From: Thalia democratica
Taxonomy: Eukaryota
DNA length: 64,000 nucleotides
Assembly: GCA_965202585.1 (NCBI GenBank)
Contig: OZ241827.1
Coordinates: forward strand, 36,084,001-36,148,000
Direction of reading: 5' to 3'
Both the position numbers and the translations under genes were made by a program. The notes beneath the pieces are model-generated. The model saw only the letters and a list, made by a program, of their open reading frames with translations, did no database searches and was not told the origin of the DNA. The stretch's first letter is position 1; the number at the start of each line of letters is the position of its first letter. Positions 1 through 12,849 of this stretch are shown here, one piece after another.

Positions 1-673
1 AACTTAATTTAATTTTATATTTAACAACAATGTTATGTTCAAACTTTGAACTGTAATATTTACAGTGTTTGACAATGACCTTGTTAATTGCTTGTAACAA
101 ACTTTATTGGCATGTTTTTTGTTGTTTTAAATCTAACCGTACTTATAAAAAAACATTTTTAACGAGGTCATTTGAGCTATTTAATGTCTTACCCGGTATT
201 TAAAACCTAAAAATAAAAAAAAATGTTTAAAATTTGTTAGAATATTAAAGTTTTTAAAATCAGTACTAGTTCACTGGCTTTATATTTTTACGAAAAGAAG
301 TTTAAACTTTTGAGACGCATGTAATTGCTTGTTTTGTCAACTAACTCGTGTAAAATGTGAAATGTTTTTTATGTTAAATCTTGTAGAGAATTACTTCGTA
401 TTAATTGGAGCCACAAATGTTTTTCAATTCTTTTGAAACATAACAGGCTTTAAAGTTGAAATATAAATAAACTAATTGACTAATGTTGTGGCTAACTAAT
501 AGCATATAAGTTTGTAAATTTAATTTTTTTTAAATGTTTTAACTTGTTTTTAAAATTGAAATCAAGTAATGTTACGTACATTCTATTTGGACTATTGCAC
601 GAACGGCTCGAGAAACGAATCGGCGAGGAGCGGTACGAGGAGACCGAGCTTTATGTACGAGGAGATATACGGA

Positions 674-1088
674 GAGACGGATCAGAGGATTCTGTAGCGC
701 CAACAGACCGGTAAGGTGAGGCCAGGAGACGGAATCCGTAGCGCCAACAGACCGGTAAGGTGAGGCTAGGAGACGGAATCCGTAGCGCCAACAGACCAGT
801 AAGGTGAGGCCAGGAGACGGAATCCGTAGCGCCAACAGACCGTTAGGTGAGGCCAGAAGACGGATTCCGTAGCGCCAACAGACCGGTAAGGTGAGGTTAG
901 GAGACGGAATCCGTAACGCCAACAGACCGGTAAGGTGAGGTTAGGAGACGGAATCCGTAGCGCCAACAGACCGGTAAGGTGAGGCTAGGAGACGGAATCC
1001 GTAGCGCCAACAGACCGGTAAGGTGAGGCCAGGAGACGGATTCCGTAGCGCCAACAGACCGGTAAGGTGAGGCTAGGAGACGGATCAG
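674..1088. repeat. GC-rich 44-bp minisatellite, 9 copies
   Basis: Unit GGAGACGGAATCCGTAGCGCCAACAGACCGGTAAGGTGAGGCCA. The CAACAG anchor recurs at 701, 745, 789, 833, 876, 920, 964, 1008 and 1052 (44-bp period, one 43). The array is bracketed by GAGACGGATCAG at 674-685 and 1077-1088. Confidence 0.95.
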
Positions 1089-2984
1089 CATAAACCGGTC
1101 AAACGACTTGGAGATGTACAAGGGTGGAGCGAGTTCCAGTAGCGAAGAAATTTTTTTATACTTTCTACATTTGTCTGTCATATTGTAAAACCATATCATA
1201 CTTTTATTAATTTTGTGTATTTTAAACTTATTTATAGAATTTTGCAAAGTAAAGTAATGCTTTTTATACTAATGAAATAAAAGTCGGCGGTCGTTTTTTG
1301 TTCATTTTGCTATATAGGGAGTTTTAAGCATTCTTACAAGTGTTAATGAATAAAAATTATTGTTTTTTTTTTCGGAAAACCAAGAATAAATTCTTAAAGT
1401 ACGAAGGTAAGAAAGGGAAATGTGCCGCTTACGCGGTAATTGTCTCTTTTTTATTTTCTTCTTTTCTCTCAAGCGAGTATAAATTAAGAATATCGCGTGT
1501 AATTTAGACTTTTAGTTTCTACTCCGTTGCAGCAGACTGAAGTCAGTGCAGCTTTTCGCTGCACTTAAGTTTTAATGGTTTCAATCTTGTTGTCGAGTTG
1601 ATTTCGATTTTAGAAAACTTTTTGAGTTTGGTTTAAACATTTAGTTTTTAGTTTCTTTGATTCGAGTATTGTCGTCTTTTAAAAGAATTGATAATTTGAT
1701 TTATTAGTGTAATGTTGTGCAGTATTTTATCATCTTTTCGTTTCACAAATTCATTGTAAATGTAATCATTATCACAGATTCGAACTAAGTTTAAATTAGT
1801 ATAAGTAACTGATTTATTAAACCTTTAGTAAATAGTAAGTAAGTCATATTAGTTTATTTAAGTCAACTATAATTTAAGCGTTATCTTGGGGACTTCTATT
1901 ATACAAGTTAGAGCGCATGTTGCGTTATAAATCAGGCCAAACAGTGTATAAGTACAACCCGTTGATAGCGACAGGGGCCAAATTTCGAATTTGAAACATG
2001 TTCGGGGCTGCAGTTTTAGTTTTAGTCAGACATTAAAATTATTTAGTCTTAATCAGTCTTATAGTAGAGTCTAAGTTATATATGCGTATAATATAGGGCT
2101 TATTATTAAAATATAAAATTGCATTTTTTGTCTTAATGAACTCACTATTTGTCTAACTAAATATTAATTTTATATTTAGTAATTTAACTTCTTAATTATC
2201 ACCTACTAGCACGAAAAAAACAAGCTTAGATTGTAATTTTAGGTCATTTATTCAATTGTCCTTATTAATTTCGTTTTATAACTTAAATATACTCCTTACC
2301 TAATGTTTAATAACTTGATAAAACTTGAGTATTTGTTATAAAAAACTAAAATTAATAAAAAAATAATTCACTTGTATTATAAAAAATTAGGTTAGCTCTA
2401 ATAACTAATGTTTAAGCTTTTCGAAAAGCTGTTTATTTTTCAAACAGGGCCACATTTTGAGACAAGAAGTTTAACCTAAGTAACTAACTTAAGTACTTCA
2501 AAATTAAAATTCATAAAGGCTAATTAAAGTGTATAGTATTAGTAAGTATTGTTACCATTACTGTTATTGTGATTACATAAGTACTTAAATACTTGGCTAG
2601 AAGACTTAAAAGAATTTAAACTTTGTTAAATTTGTGGCTATTACCTAAACTAGCTTTAGACTTGCAATAAAAAAGTTTAAAGCTAGATAGATTTTCAATA
2701 AAAACAACTAGTTTGAAGTATACTAACTCTTTGAAATGCTCTTGCCGACCCCTGATCTACCTATATGAAATCTCAGTTTAAATGTAAAATTTCAAGCTAC
2801 TTATATGACTAATTTGGAATTTTGTACTTGTATGACGTAAGACAAAATTAAAATAAATGTTACAATGCGTTGAAAAAACAACAAACTTTATTTATAAAGA
2901 ATAGCTTTACATTAGACTTTTACTTACAATAACTTCATTAGCAACTGTTTACATATACAAAAGTAAGTAAATTAGTAAATAAAA

Positions 2985-4416
2985 TTTACTCATATAAACG
3001 CCATTAAGCTACAAAGAAACCTATCCTTGTTATTTAAAGCTGTAATGAGGAAATAAAAGTTTTTCGCCGGTCTTTGGAAGCAATCGATTCCGCATTTGTT
3101 CGTACAAATTACCAGCTGCTTAAATAACCATTTTAGAATAAACAGAAGATGGTGGTGCCGAAATATACCTTCTTGAAACCTGGCAAGACGTGTGTATCTT
3201 TTCTTGTTTGAATTCCACCAAGACAAGACTTTAGCTTCGCAGATAAGTTTTCTTCAGCCAAAAAAGCCTTAATTCCTGTCTCAATTTCCTGATCAACTGA
3301 ATCTTGTTGCTCACTTTCGTGAGTGTTTGCACTTTTTTCCGATTTAAATGTAAAATAGAACGACAACATTTTTTTGGGAACATCATTTGTAGGTATTTGA
3401 GATTTAGGTTTATCAGGCGGTACTAGAGGAACTTGACCACTCTCATGACAACTATGATCTTTAACTTGTGATTTCAGTAGCCTTACAACCGTCTGTTTGA
3501 GATTAACAGGGAAAAGTTCAAGTTGATACCGTAGATAAACAGCTGTTATGAGTAAAAACAAGTCGTTATCATGAAGGTTTGTTCGTGTGCTGTTATGAGT
3601 AGTATAAAACCTTCTTTCGAAAGCCTCTTCTATGTTTTCTGCTAGGGTTACCAAGGTTGTATAACTAATTTGATCTAGACCTTGTGGCTTTATGATTAAA
3701 ATATTTTTTTAGTACTGCTGCATGCGGGATTACACTTGACAGCAATGCGTTGTTTTTACTACACTTCTGCATTACTATATAAAAAAAGTTCGAGCAGTTC
3801 ATTAATGATGCTAACATTCATCAGCTGTAAGAATATTTTTGGGTTTAAATTTGTTGTTAGCCACGTAGTTCTGGACACTTATTTTTAATTTTTCTAGTCT
3901 TTTCAGTATAAGGTAGATTGAGTTTCACATTGTTTCAACATCTTGCACAAGTAGCAAGGCTTTTTGCATTGACACTAATGATCCTATAGTGACCTGGATT
4001 TTTTTTTACTTTCTCGCACGCTGTAGACTGTAGAAGAATGGTTAATGGTCAACAGTTTGACGGGCTTTAGCCATAAACACACTTATGTTATTTTCTGAAA
4101 ACAGTGAATTTTTAATAATCAGTTGAAGCGTGTGATTGAAACAGGGTGCAGAAGACGATTCTAAGAACAATAAACTAGCCTTTATGTTAAATAAACTGTT
4201 GAGCAAAATTTTTTGTTGAACTATTGCTGCCTCTTAAAGTTTCAGTAACCAAATTTTAAATGTACTGTATTTGTAGAGTTTTAACATTATTTAATATAAT
4301 TAAATGAGGTTCCAGTTCTTTTTAAAAAATTAGAATTCGGCCGGTTCCGGACCCAGGCAAAAAATGCCCGGTTTCGGGCGGGTACGGATCTGGATCTTGG
4401 ATTCGGTAGATTACTA
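2985..4416 (-). mobile_element. Degraded hAT-superfamily DNA transposon (transposase pseudogene plus one terminus)
   Basis: Minus-strand translation across stops and frameshifts gives PCFNHTLQL (CxxH motif), QDVETM*NSIYL (TRWNS-like), WWNSNKKRYTRLAR and RYISAPPSSVYS..AAGNLYEQMRNRLLPKTGEKLLF (hAT dimerization domain). The terminus TAGTAATCTACCGAATCC ends at 4416, and a related terminus occurs at 28667. Confidence 0.85.
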
Positions 4417-5269
4417 TTTAAAATATAATGGTTAAAAGATTTCTTCTAGTTTATAACGGTGTTATTTTTGAGTAATGTTGTCAGTTCTTTTATCTAGAAA
4501 AGTTGGCTTGCTTAACCGAAACTAGTTATTAAGAAAAAATAATTATTTGCATACATCGTTAAAAGTATATGATAAAATATTTTTAGCTTTAATTCTATTA
4601 TTTTAAATATTTGTTTTTTCAAACTGATTTAAAACATTTCTTGAGCTTCAAATAATCATAAAACATCTTCAAACTACGTCTAAATTATATTATTTTAAGA
4701 CATTACTAAATATAGTTTTACTTATATTTAAAATATTGCTGGTTGAAATTAATTTTAAGTGCATCAGTTTTTGAAATCAGTCATATCTAATATATATCAA
4801 AACAATTTTTTTCAAATTTTAGAATACATACTAAATATATAATTAAATTTTCTTTAGCGCGACCGCTTAAATTCTGTGATAAATCTTGAGTTACAGTAGA
4901 CTATCTCTTTTAATAGTTTTTTTTTAATCTTTTTTCATTACTATCATGTTCTTTTTTAATTGACCACTCTAACAGAATCATTATTCTTTTCAGTTTATTT
5001 TTCTTATATATGACTAAAATCTTTTTAATTCTTTTTGATACGAATATTTTTAGCAACTATGAATTTTAACTTTATACAAGTATTTTTCTTCATTTTTTTA
5101 CGTTCATAATGTTTTTTTATTGGACTTTAAGATACATTTTTTAATTTTAAATGTCCAAGTAATTTTTTTATATTTCTTCTTGAAAAAAAAACTTAAAAAG
5201 AACATGTTGCAGTTAAATGTGTTATGTAAATGCACAATGACTTAAAACAAGTATAATCTATTATATAGT

Positions 5270-6300
5270 ATACAGTACACTACGATGCACTCGGTATCGG
5301 TAGTATAAAATGAAAGTTTTATAGAAAAGTTTACAACGTGGAGAAATAAACAATAAGGTAGATAAAAGTTAACTTCTTAAAAGTTATTTAACTTAAATTT
5401 ATTAAATTCGAAAATTTAGTTATATTTTAAAGGTTAATGGATAGAGTCAAATGTTTGCGCTTACAATAACATTTAGAATTTAATCGCTTTTTAGAAACAA
5501 TTTTAACAATTACAAAAACAGTTTTGTCTCTTTTGAATAAAATATTAGTTAAAAGTATTTTTATGAGCTGATATTTTTACTTAAAACAAAGGTAAAACAA
5601 AATAATTAAATTGTTTTTATACTAATTTGGATCTTGAATTCTGCTTTACTCTGAGGAATGGCTCTTCTTTCATATCCTCTTTGATAACTTGTAGATTTTT
5701 CTTGAAAGATGTTTAAATTTCTCGAAGAAGTTAAAAAATTGCTGCACAGATTAACAACTCGTTCATTATCAGCTGAGGTATCATCATCAAACAAACCAAG
5801 AGGAACTAGTTCTTCAACAGGATACAAGATATGACGATTCATTGCATTTAATGCAGAGGTTGCAAAAAAAATCAGTAGTTTTGTAATTTTAAAGTGTGTT
5901 TATTAAACCCAAGTCTTTGTCACGAACTGCTGAAGCCACAGTAAAATTGATCCAATGGGTAAAGTAGCTTCTCTGTCAGTTATCATGCTTTTAAGATACT
6001 GCAACTCAGTTTGCTTAATGTTTTTCTTCTTGAAATAGAAAAGGGTCTTCAAACTTTTTCATATCTTAATTTCAATATTTCTAAAAAGGCATGGTTTTTT
6101 AAAAGTCTATTATTTCGCTTTTATGCCTTTTGCTATAGACTGTCAATTTTCTTGTACTTTCTGAAACTCATTTTATAACCAATAATAATTTTCAAGACCA
6201 ATACCAGACTTTTCACAATAAACTGTGACTGTTTTATAAACAATTTTGACAGCTCTTAATTTCTCAGTATATTTGTACTTTAACCTTTTTTTTAGATATT
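5270..6300 (-). pseudogene. Highly degraded transposase-like relic, family not assigned
   Basis: ORF 5606-5842 contains EELVPLGLFDDDTS, which resembles a WYLSEELVxLxxFDD-type motif I recall from invertebrate transposase-like proteins. Surrounding frames are broken by stops. An HMM search is needed. Confidence 0.35.
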
Positions 6301-8214
6301 AGTTATCTCCTATTTGATTCATAACAAAGTAGTACTTGCAAATAAGTTAGCAGTCTAAAATTTGTTATACTTAAACAAATGTACCTTGTAACTTACCACA
6401 CAAAAGCTAGTTTGTATTCTGTGTGAAACTCATCTTTAAACACTAACAAAAAGTAAAAATATCTTCTAAAAATTATATTATAAAACATGAACAAAACAGA
6501 AATTATAATTTAATTTTAGATGAAACATCTAGTCCTGGACAAGACGTTAAAAGTTATCCGTGGTGTGCGACTCCATAACGGAAAGGTTCTTTGTACACCA
6601 GGTCCCAGAACCAAATATTTTGAGAGTCTTTTTTTGTGGTTTAATAGACTATAAACTGTTTCTGAGATGCTTGAGTAAAAGCTAATTATAACGAGTTTGG
6701 TAAACATTAAAATAGATAATTTTTTAAGTTGTTGAACCAGTTCAACACTTCATATAAAATTTTCAATTGCTTTAAATTCCTTTTTTACCTTATAGTTAAT
6801 CTTGTCTAAACTTGTTTTAGCAAGTTTACTAATATAAGTTTTATTCTGAATAATTCATTTTACAGCTTTGTTTGTTAAGGAATTGTGGTTTATCAACCTT
6901 TAAAGTAATGTAACACTGTTTAGGAACTTTAACTTGTAACTTTTTTTTTTATAACTATATCTTTTGCTTTAATAATATTTTTTTGGTAAAGTTATTTTCT
7001 GATTTATCTATGTAGATGTAAGTAATGTTTTCTTAAAATCTTTTTTTCATTTATCTGGACTAATTTTATATAAGTTGTAAAGTTTATGTGCAAAAATAAA
7101 AAAATCTTTGTAGCCCTTATTTCCTTTTTGTCATTGTTAACTTTTTGGATATAAGAGTTTTTATACTAACATAATTATTTTTAACTCGAGAAGATCGTTT
7201 TCTAATTTATTTAAGAGTTTATCCTCGGGAGCGCGTTTTTTTGTTGGAAATAAACTGTCATAATCTGAAATTTAGCTTATCTTTCTTCAATTTAAATGGA
7301 ATGCTTAAATGTAAATTTTAAATATCAGTTTTGCTAATTTTTCTTACATTTTAATTACTGTTTATTGGTATGCAGTTTGATGAATAACTGAAGTTTATAA
7401 TATGTATATATTTATAAAAATACTGTACGGTTTTTTGTAATAACATTGTTTTTCTACTTATTAAATAGGATACTAATAAGATAGAGACATAAAATTTATT
7501 TATGTTGTATATATTATTCAAGATAAATCATTAGAAAAATTGTGTTTAGAATTTTGTTAAGTATGTGTTTAATTTACTATAACGTAAAAGCTAATTTCTA
7601 TAAAATTTTGTATCGATGTTTTTAATCTTCACTACAGTAAATAAGTACGTTGATGAAGAACGCTTTTTATATACTAAAACCGCTGCACAAGATATATTTA
7701 GTTTTTGTGCTAAAATTTTACATATGTAAACATTTTTTATTATATTGGTGCACGACAATAAATACTCTTACAACAAAAATTGTATTATTCCTGTGTTATT
7801 ATGAATAATTTGTTTTATTAAATGTTCTGCAACTTTTTTTTAAACTACTTTATTGTTAACTATGTCTACAGAAATATTCTTTTTATTTATTTCCAATTTA
7901 ATTTTTTGAGATATGGCTAATAGAAGTTTTAAACTTGATAAAATATGGCTAATTTTATAAAAAAAAATTTTTAATTTATAATACTTTAAAAAAAAGAATG
8001 TTTTTTATTGTCATTATCTTTTCACTTAGATTTTTTTTGCTAAATTGTGATGTGGCCCTTAAACATTTTATAACTGTTTTAACTGTTGTTGTTTCAATTT
8101 TTATATTACCATATAGTATCTAAAGTTTGTTTTTTAATGCTCAATAATTAAGAAATAAGGCATTTAATATAATAAAAGTAATAACATTTTTATACATCAA
8201 CACGGTTTAATGTT

Positions 8215-8457
8215 TTAATAAGGTATGCAAACTGTTTTAGCTTCGGTAAAAAAACTTCTTGAATCTGATAAACCTTCTCTACCAATACCACTCATTTTCA
8301 TTCCTCCAAAAGGCATGTGTAAATCACGAATAAGCCAAGAGTTAACCCATACTGTTCCTACTTCTAACTGGCTGGCAACACGATTAGCTCTTTGCAAATT
8401 TTCTGTGTAAACAGATGAGCACAAGCCATATTCAACTGCATTTGACCTCCTGACAAC
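8215..8457 (-). CDS. ALDH8A1: ALDH8A1-type aldehyde dehydrogenase, exon 2 (last coding exon)
   Basis: Acceptor tttag|GTT at 8458/8457, phase 0. Encodes VVRRSNAVEYGLCSSV...GTVWVNSWLIRDLHMPFGGMKMSGIGREG...KTVCIPY*. Confidence 0.92.
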   Translation of the reverse strand, partial: VVRRSNAVEYGLCSSVYTENLQRANRVASQLEVGTVWVNSWLIRDLHMPFGGMKMSGIGREGLSDSRSFFTEAKTVCIPY

Positions 8458-8831
8458 CTAAAGGTGTTGTTTTATATGATATTAGCCAAATAAAAAATTC
8501 TTATAAAAGAAAAAAAAAAGTCAAATTAAGATATAGAAATAACCCTTTTCTGAAACACATCTTGTCTAACAACTAATAAGCTAGTGTTTATGAACTAACA
8601 AATTAAAAAAAAAATTAAAAATTCTAATAAACTTAAGTTATGTATTAAATCAGGAAAAACTTATAAAAAACATTTGTTAGCAACAAAAATATTACTTAGA
8701 AAAAGTTATAAGCTTATAATCTCAAAAATTAATAGTAACAATTTCAAAAAATGTGCAATGTAAAAAGTATTCAGTTTAAGCAGGTACCTGGGTAATAGAT
8801 AACTTAAACAATATTTTATCTTTATTTTAGA

Positions 8832-9235
8832 GTAGGGGTAGGCAACGTACGGCCCGTCAATGTTTACAAAGTTATGTGGTTAAAATTTAAATACTAGATA
8901 AGGAGTTTGAAAACTGTATCCCGCAAGCCATAGTTGTTGGTGAGGAGCAAAAAAAGGTCTTACCGATAACTGATAGGTTTTTCGTATACCAGGTCCTAGG
9001 ACAAAATATTTTTAGCGCATTTTTTGTCGTTCAATAAACCATCACGTTAGGCGTAGGTAATGGTTGTTTTGAAAGTAGATATTCGGAGGTTTGAAGTAAA
9101 GAAAATAATTCTTTCAAAATTAATTGGAAAATTGAGTAATCTTTGTAAATTAAATAAAATTGAAATGCTCTGGCCAGTCAAGGACTAGATTTTTCCACAT
9201 TTTGCTCGTAGACTGAAAACGTTGATCACACCTAC
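8832..9235. mobile_element. hAT-type MITE in the ALDH8A1 intron
   Basis: Imperfect terminal inverted repeats GTAGGGGTAGGCAACG / CGTTGATCACACCTAC, with a GGCCCG subterminal motif. No clean target site duplication (TSD). Confidence 0.6.
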
Positions 9236-10208
9236 TTTTAATAAAGTAAAAAGAAATGGTAAAAATGGTTTCTATCTTTTAAAAATATATTTGATTTCTT
9301 AAATCTCTTAAACTTATAAAATTTGTTTAGCTTTTTTATTTTAGTCACTACAATCTGTTAAGAATATTTTAAATTTTTAAATCAGTATTTATTTTGGCCA
9401 TCATCATCAAGGTTGAGATATTTCGCGCCATCAACAATAACTAATGAACACAATAACCACACGATGCTGTTTTTGATAGTCTTGTGGTAAAGTTTTTTAT
9501 TTATTATTAATTATTCAAAATATATTTTACATTAATTTTTATACAGCAGATGTTTTGTAATATTTTTGGTTTCCAAAGTAGTATTATAAAATAAGTAAAC
9601 GTAAAAAATTTATCACTAATTTATACTAAACTTTCAATATATAACATCTATATTAATATTTATAACTTTTCTGATATGTAAATAACTTAATATTGAAGTA
9701 ATATACTAGTCAACATTAAAAAAAAAGTTACAAATAAATTGTTTCAACTCTGTTGACCTTATATTCTTAAATTTTTTTAATGTACTTTTGAAATTGTAAG
9801 AAATAAGCGTTTTATGATCAACTGCGTACTATAAGTTACTAAACTTGTTTTGTTTTTTAAGCTTAAATAATTATTTTGAAATAAGCATATGATTTTATTG
9901 AACAATAAAATTAGTTATCGCTTGAACTTTAAAAATAAGTATGGTACGATTAGAACTTTGTTTATGTGGTAAAATTTTATGAAAAAAAAAGTTTTTACCT
10001 TTTGATTAAAACTAACTAAATTGCTGCTTTGTTTTCTATTTAGTTTTTAGAGTATGTTATTAAAATGTATAAAAATTTTAAATACAAATTATTTTATCAA
10101 GTTAGGGTTCTAAATTTAACACGATAATTCTCTTAAAACTTTATGTACTTATATTTCAGTTTGACCTATATTTAACACGTATAATACTACTAATTAGTAG
10201 TTATATAA

Positions 10209-10614
10209 GGTTACATGATAATAAAATTTCCGCCAATTCAAATTCCAACAATTCAAATTCTTAAAAGATATTTAAGAGACTATATCTCAAAAAACCATAT
10301 ATGTTTTGAAAAATAATAAAAAAAACGTATGTAGGTCTTATTAAAACCTACAAGCCAATTTTACCTTTTTTGAAGTATGTTAAATAATTTTTGAGGTATT
10401 TAAAATTTATTAGAAAATACTACATTTAAAAAATAGTTTTAGCCATATCTTAAAATAATAATTGAAATTTTGCAAAATGAAAAAAATCATTGGAGATGTT
10501 ACTTAGACCTACAAACTTATTTTTTATTTATTTTATATACAGAATACTTTTTTTGAGTTGTGGTCCTTCAAAAAAGAGAAATTGAATTGTCGGAATTAAA
10601 ACTTTCGTGCACCC
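10209..10614. mobile_element. Possible MITE in the ALDH8A1 intron
   Basis: Imperfect inverted ends: ATTTCCGCCAATTCAAATTC near 10227 and GAAATTGAATTGTCGGAATT near 10578. Confidence 0.35.
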
Positions 10615-11146
10615 GTTTATAAAAGTTTAGTAATAACATCTAGTTTGTACTTTCGATCTAAAATAGTACATTAAAATAAGCTAATATTAATTGTCTAAAC
10701 TCTTAATATACTAATTAAAAATCATTAGAGTTTGACTGTATAGGTTATCCATAATTTACAATAAATATTTTACTGTATAGCAAGAAAGTTAAAATTATTA
10801 CGTTAAAATTATTAAATTATAAAAAAAACTTGATAGTTTTTATGCTCTAGTTTTTAAACCTAGACTCTTATGATCGTTTTGATATTAAAAGGCTAAAACT
10901 TTTAAAAAACTAACTGATATAAACATAAAAGCTATATACAAACTACATTTACATGTCGTTCGTTGCCAAAATAGTTAATATCTATTAACACAAACTATTA
11001 AAGTTTTACTTTACGTTTGTAGTAATATTTCTAAACATATTTACATATTTATACTTGTAAAAATATAGTTTTGTAGTTAAATCTGAAATTTATTATTATT
11101 CAATTTTTAAACTGAAATTGTTTAAACTATAGATAAAAATACTTAC

Positions 11147-12373
11147 TTCGTTTTCGTTTTTGAATGGAGTAACGCAAACAACTGGACCAAAAATTTCTTC
11201 TTTCATGCATGGATGGTTATCATCTAACCCAGATATTATAGTTGGTTGTATAAAATATCCCATGCTTATATCATTTGCTAAAACTAATTCATCAACACCA
11301 TCTCCGCACCATAGTTTTGCTCCTGAGTCACGAGCCATTGATATATACTTCTTTACTTTATCATAATGCTGTTTGCTTACTAGCGCACCACAGTTCGTAG
11401 AACAATCGTCTACTGCCCCAACTTTCAACTCACGAACTTTTTTAGTATATTGAGAGATAAAACTGTCAAATATATTTTCATGCACGAAAATTCTACTAGT
11501 ACACAAGCAAACTTCACCTTGGTTTGTAAAAGCTGACTTAACGAGTATTGGTAAACTTTTTTCTAAGTTAACATCTTCAAATAAAATCGCAGAATTTTTA
11601 CCACCTAATTCTAATGATAACTTTTTACAATATTCAGAAGATGATGCTATTATGTGTTTTCCGACAGTTGTACTACCAGTGAACGAAACTAGTGGAACGT
11701 TTTTGTGCTTGACTAAAGCATCCCCTGCTTTTTTTCCTGATCCAAAAACAATATTGACAACTCCTGCTGGTAATGATGATGCTTTTAGGACTTTGCATAA
11801 TAACCAGGCTGTCGCACTTGTAACTTCCGAAGGTTTTGCAACGCATGTATTTCCAAATGCAATTGCCGGCGCGATTTTCCATGTCAATAGATATAATGGT
11901 AAATTCCACGGACTTATAAGACCAGCAACTCCAACAGGCATTCGATCAACATAGTTAAGAGCGACTCCACTAGCAAATGGAATATCGTTCAGCTTTGTAC
12001 AAGTACTTGTGCTGTGTAAAATTGCACTTGCAAAAAATCTAAAGTTGTACACTGCTCTTGGTATATCAACATTCTTTGCTAGTAACACTGGTTTTCCTTG
12101 GTCTTGTGCTTCTACACCAGCGAACTCGTCTAGTCTTTCTTCAATCAAGTCTGCAATGTTGTTTAAAATACTTGCACGATATTTAGGACTAGATGTAGAC
12201 CATTTTTGAAATGCAGATTTTGCTGAGACAACAGCCTTGTTTACATCGGCTGCTTCACTGTCAGGAACTTTAGCATTTAGCTTAGTAGTTGAAGGATTGA
12301 AGCTATCAATAAAATCTTTATTGATTGGGTCTGTGAATTCATTGTTTATGAAGTTTTTAATATTAAAAACCAT
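11147..12373 (-). CDS. ALDH8A1: ALDH8A1-type 2-aminomuconic semialdehyde dehydrogenase, exon 1 (409 codons; 489 aa with exon 2)
   Basis: ALDH motifs ISPWNLP, FTGS, LSLELGGKN (catalytic Glu), GEVCLCTSRIFV (catalytic Cys) and EEIFGPV. DQGK...DIPRAVYNFRFFAS is typical of ALDH8A1. Donor GAA|gtaagt at 11147/11146. Confidence 0.93.
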
Positions 12374-12849
12374 TTTAGTTTATAAAATAATCTGTTTACA
12401 ATAACAATTTTTAATGCTCACTTTTGAGTTTTAATCTTTATTTAAAAATCATATACTTCACTTGCTATTTTTTCGATTTTTATAAAAACATAACAATATG
12501 TGAAATTAATTTATCGTGAAATACGTACTAATCTTTTAAAAATCAATTATGCTAGATATGTGAATAAATTAAGGTGGTAGATACTTAAAATAGAATAGAG
12601 GACACAAACATTTTTATATATATTTTATTAGTTATTCAACATGAGTTTTCACCTGCCAACTTATTTTCACTGTATAAGCAAAACATTTACAGGAAAACGG
12701 TAAAAAAAAATTCACAAGTCTGAAGTGTATATAACAAAGTATGAAATGAAATTAATCGCTAAACAGCCTACAACAATTGATCCATCTAAAAATTCAGCTA
12801 ATTATTTTGATATATAATTTTGCTTATTGAGCGAAAAAAAAAGCGCTAA

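Noticed and set aside
674-1088. CRISPR-like or guide-RNA array
   Set aside because: The units are contiguous and nearly identical with no unique spacers, there are no cas-like genes, and the context is eukaryotic.
572-1247. Three overlapping minus-strand ORFs
   Set aside because: They are by-products of the 44-bp repeat. The period is not divisible by 3, so the same peptides recur in all frames.
1545-1566. AGTGCAGC-TTTTC-GCTGCACT hairpin as a terminator or structured RNA
   Set aside because: It is an isolated 8-bp stem with no associated gene, and intrinsic terminators are not expected in this genome.
3810-3830. CTGATGA matches inside coding sequence (also near 35967, 38100 and 59925)
   Set aside because: No helix II, GAAA and NUH arrangement; these are chance heptamers.
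11160-12209. Plus-strand and alternative-frame ORFs over ALDH8A1
   Set aside because: Antisense or off-frame shadows of the real CDS.
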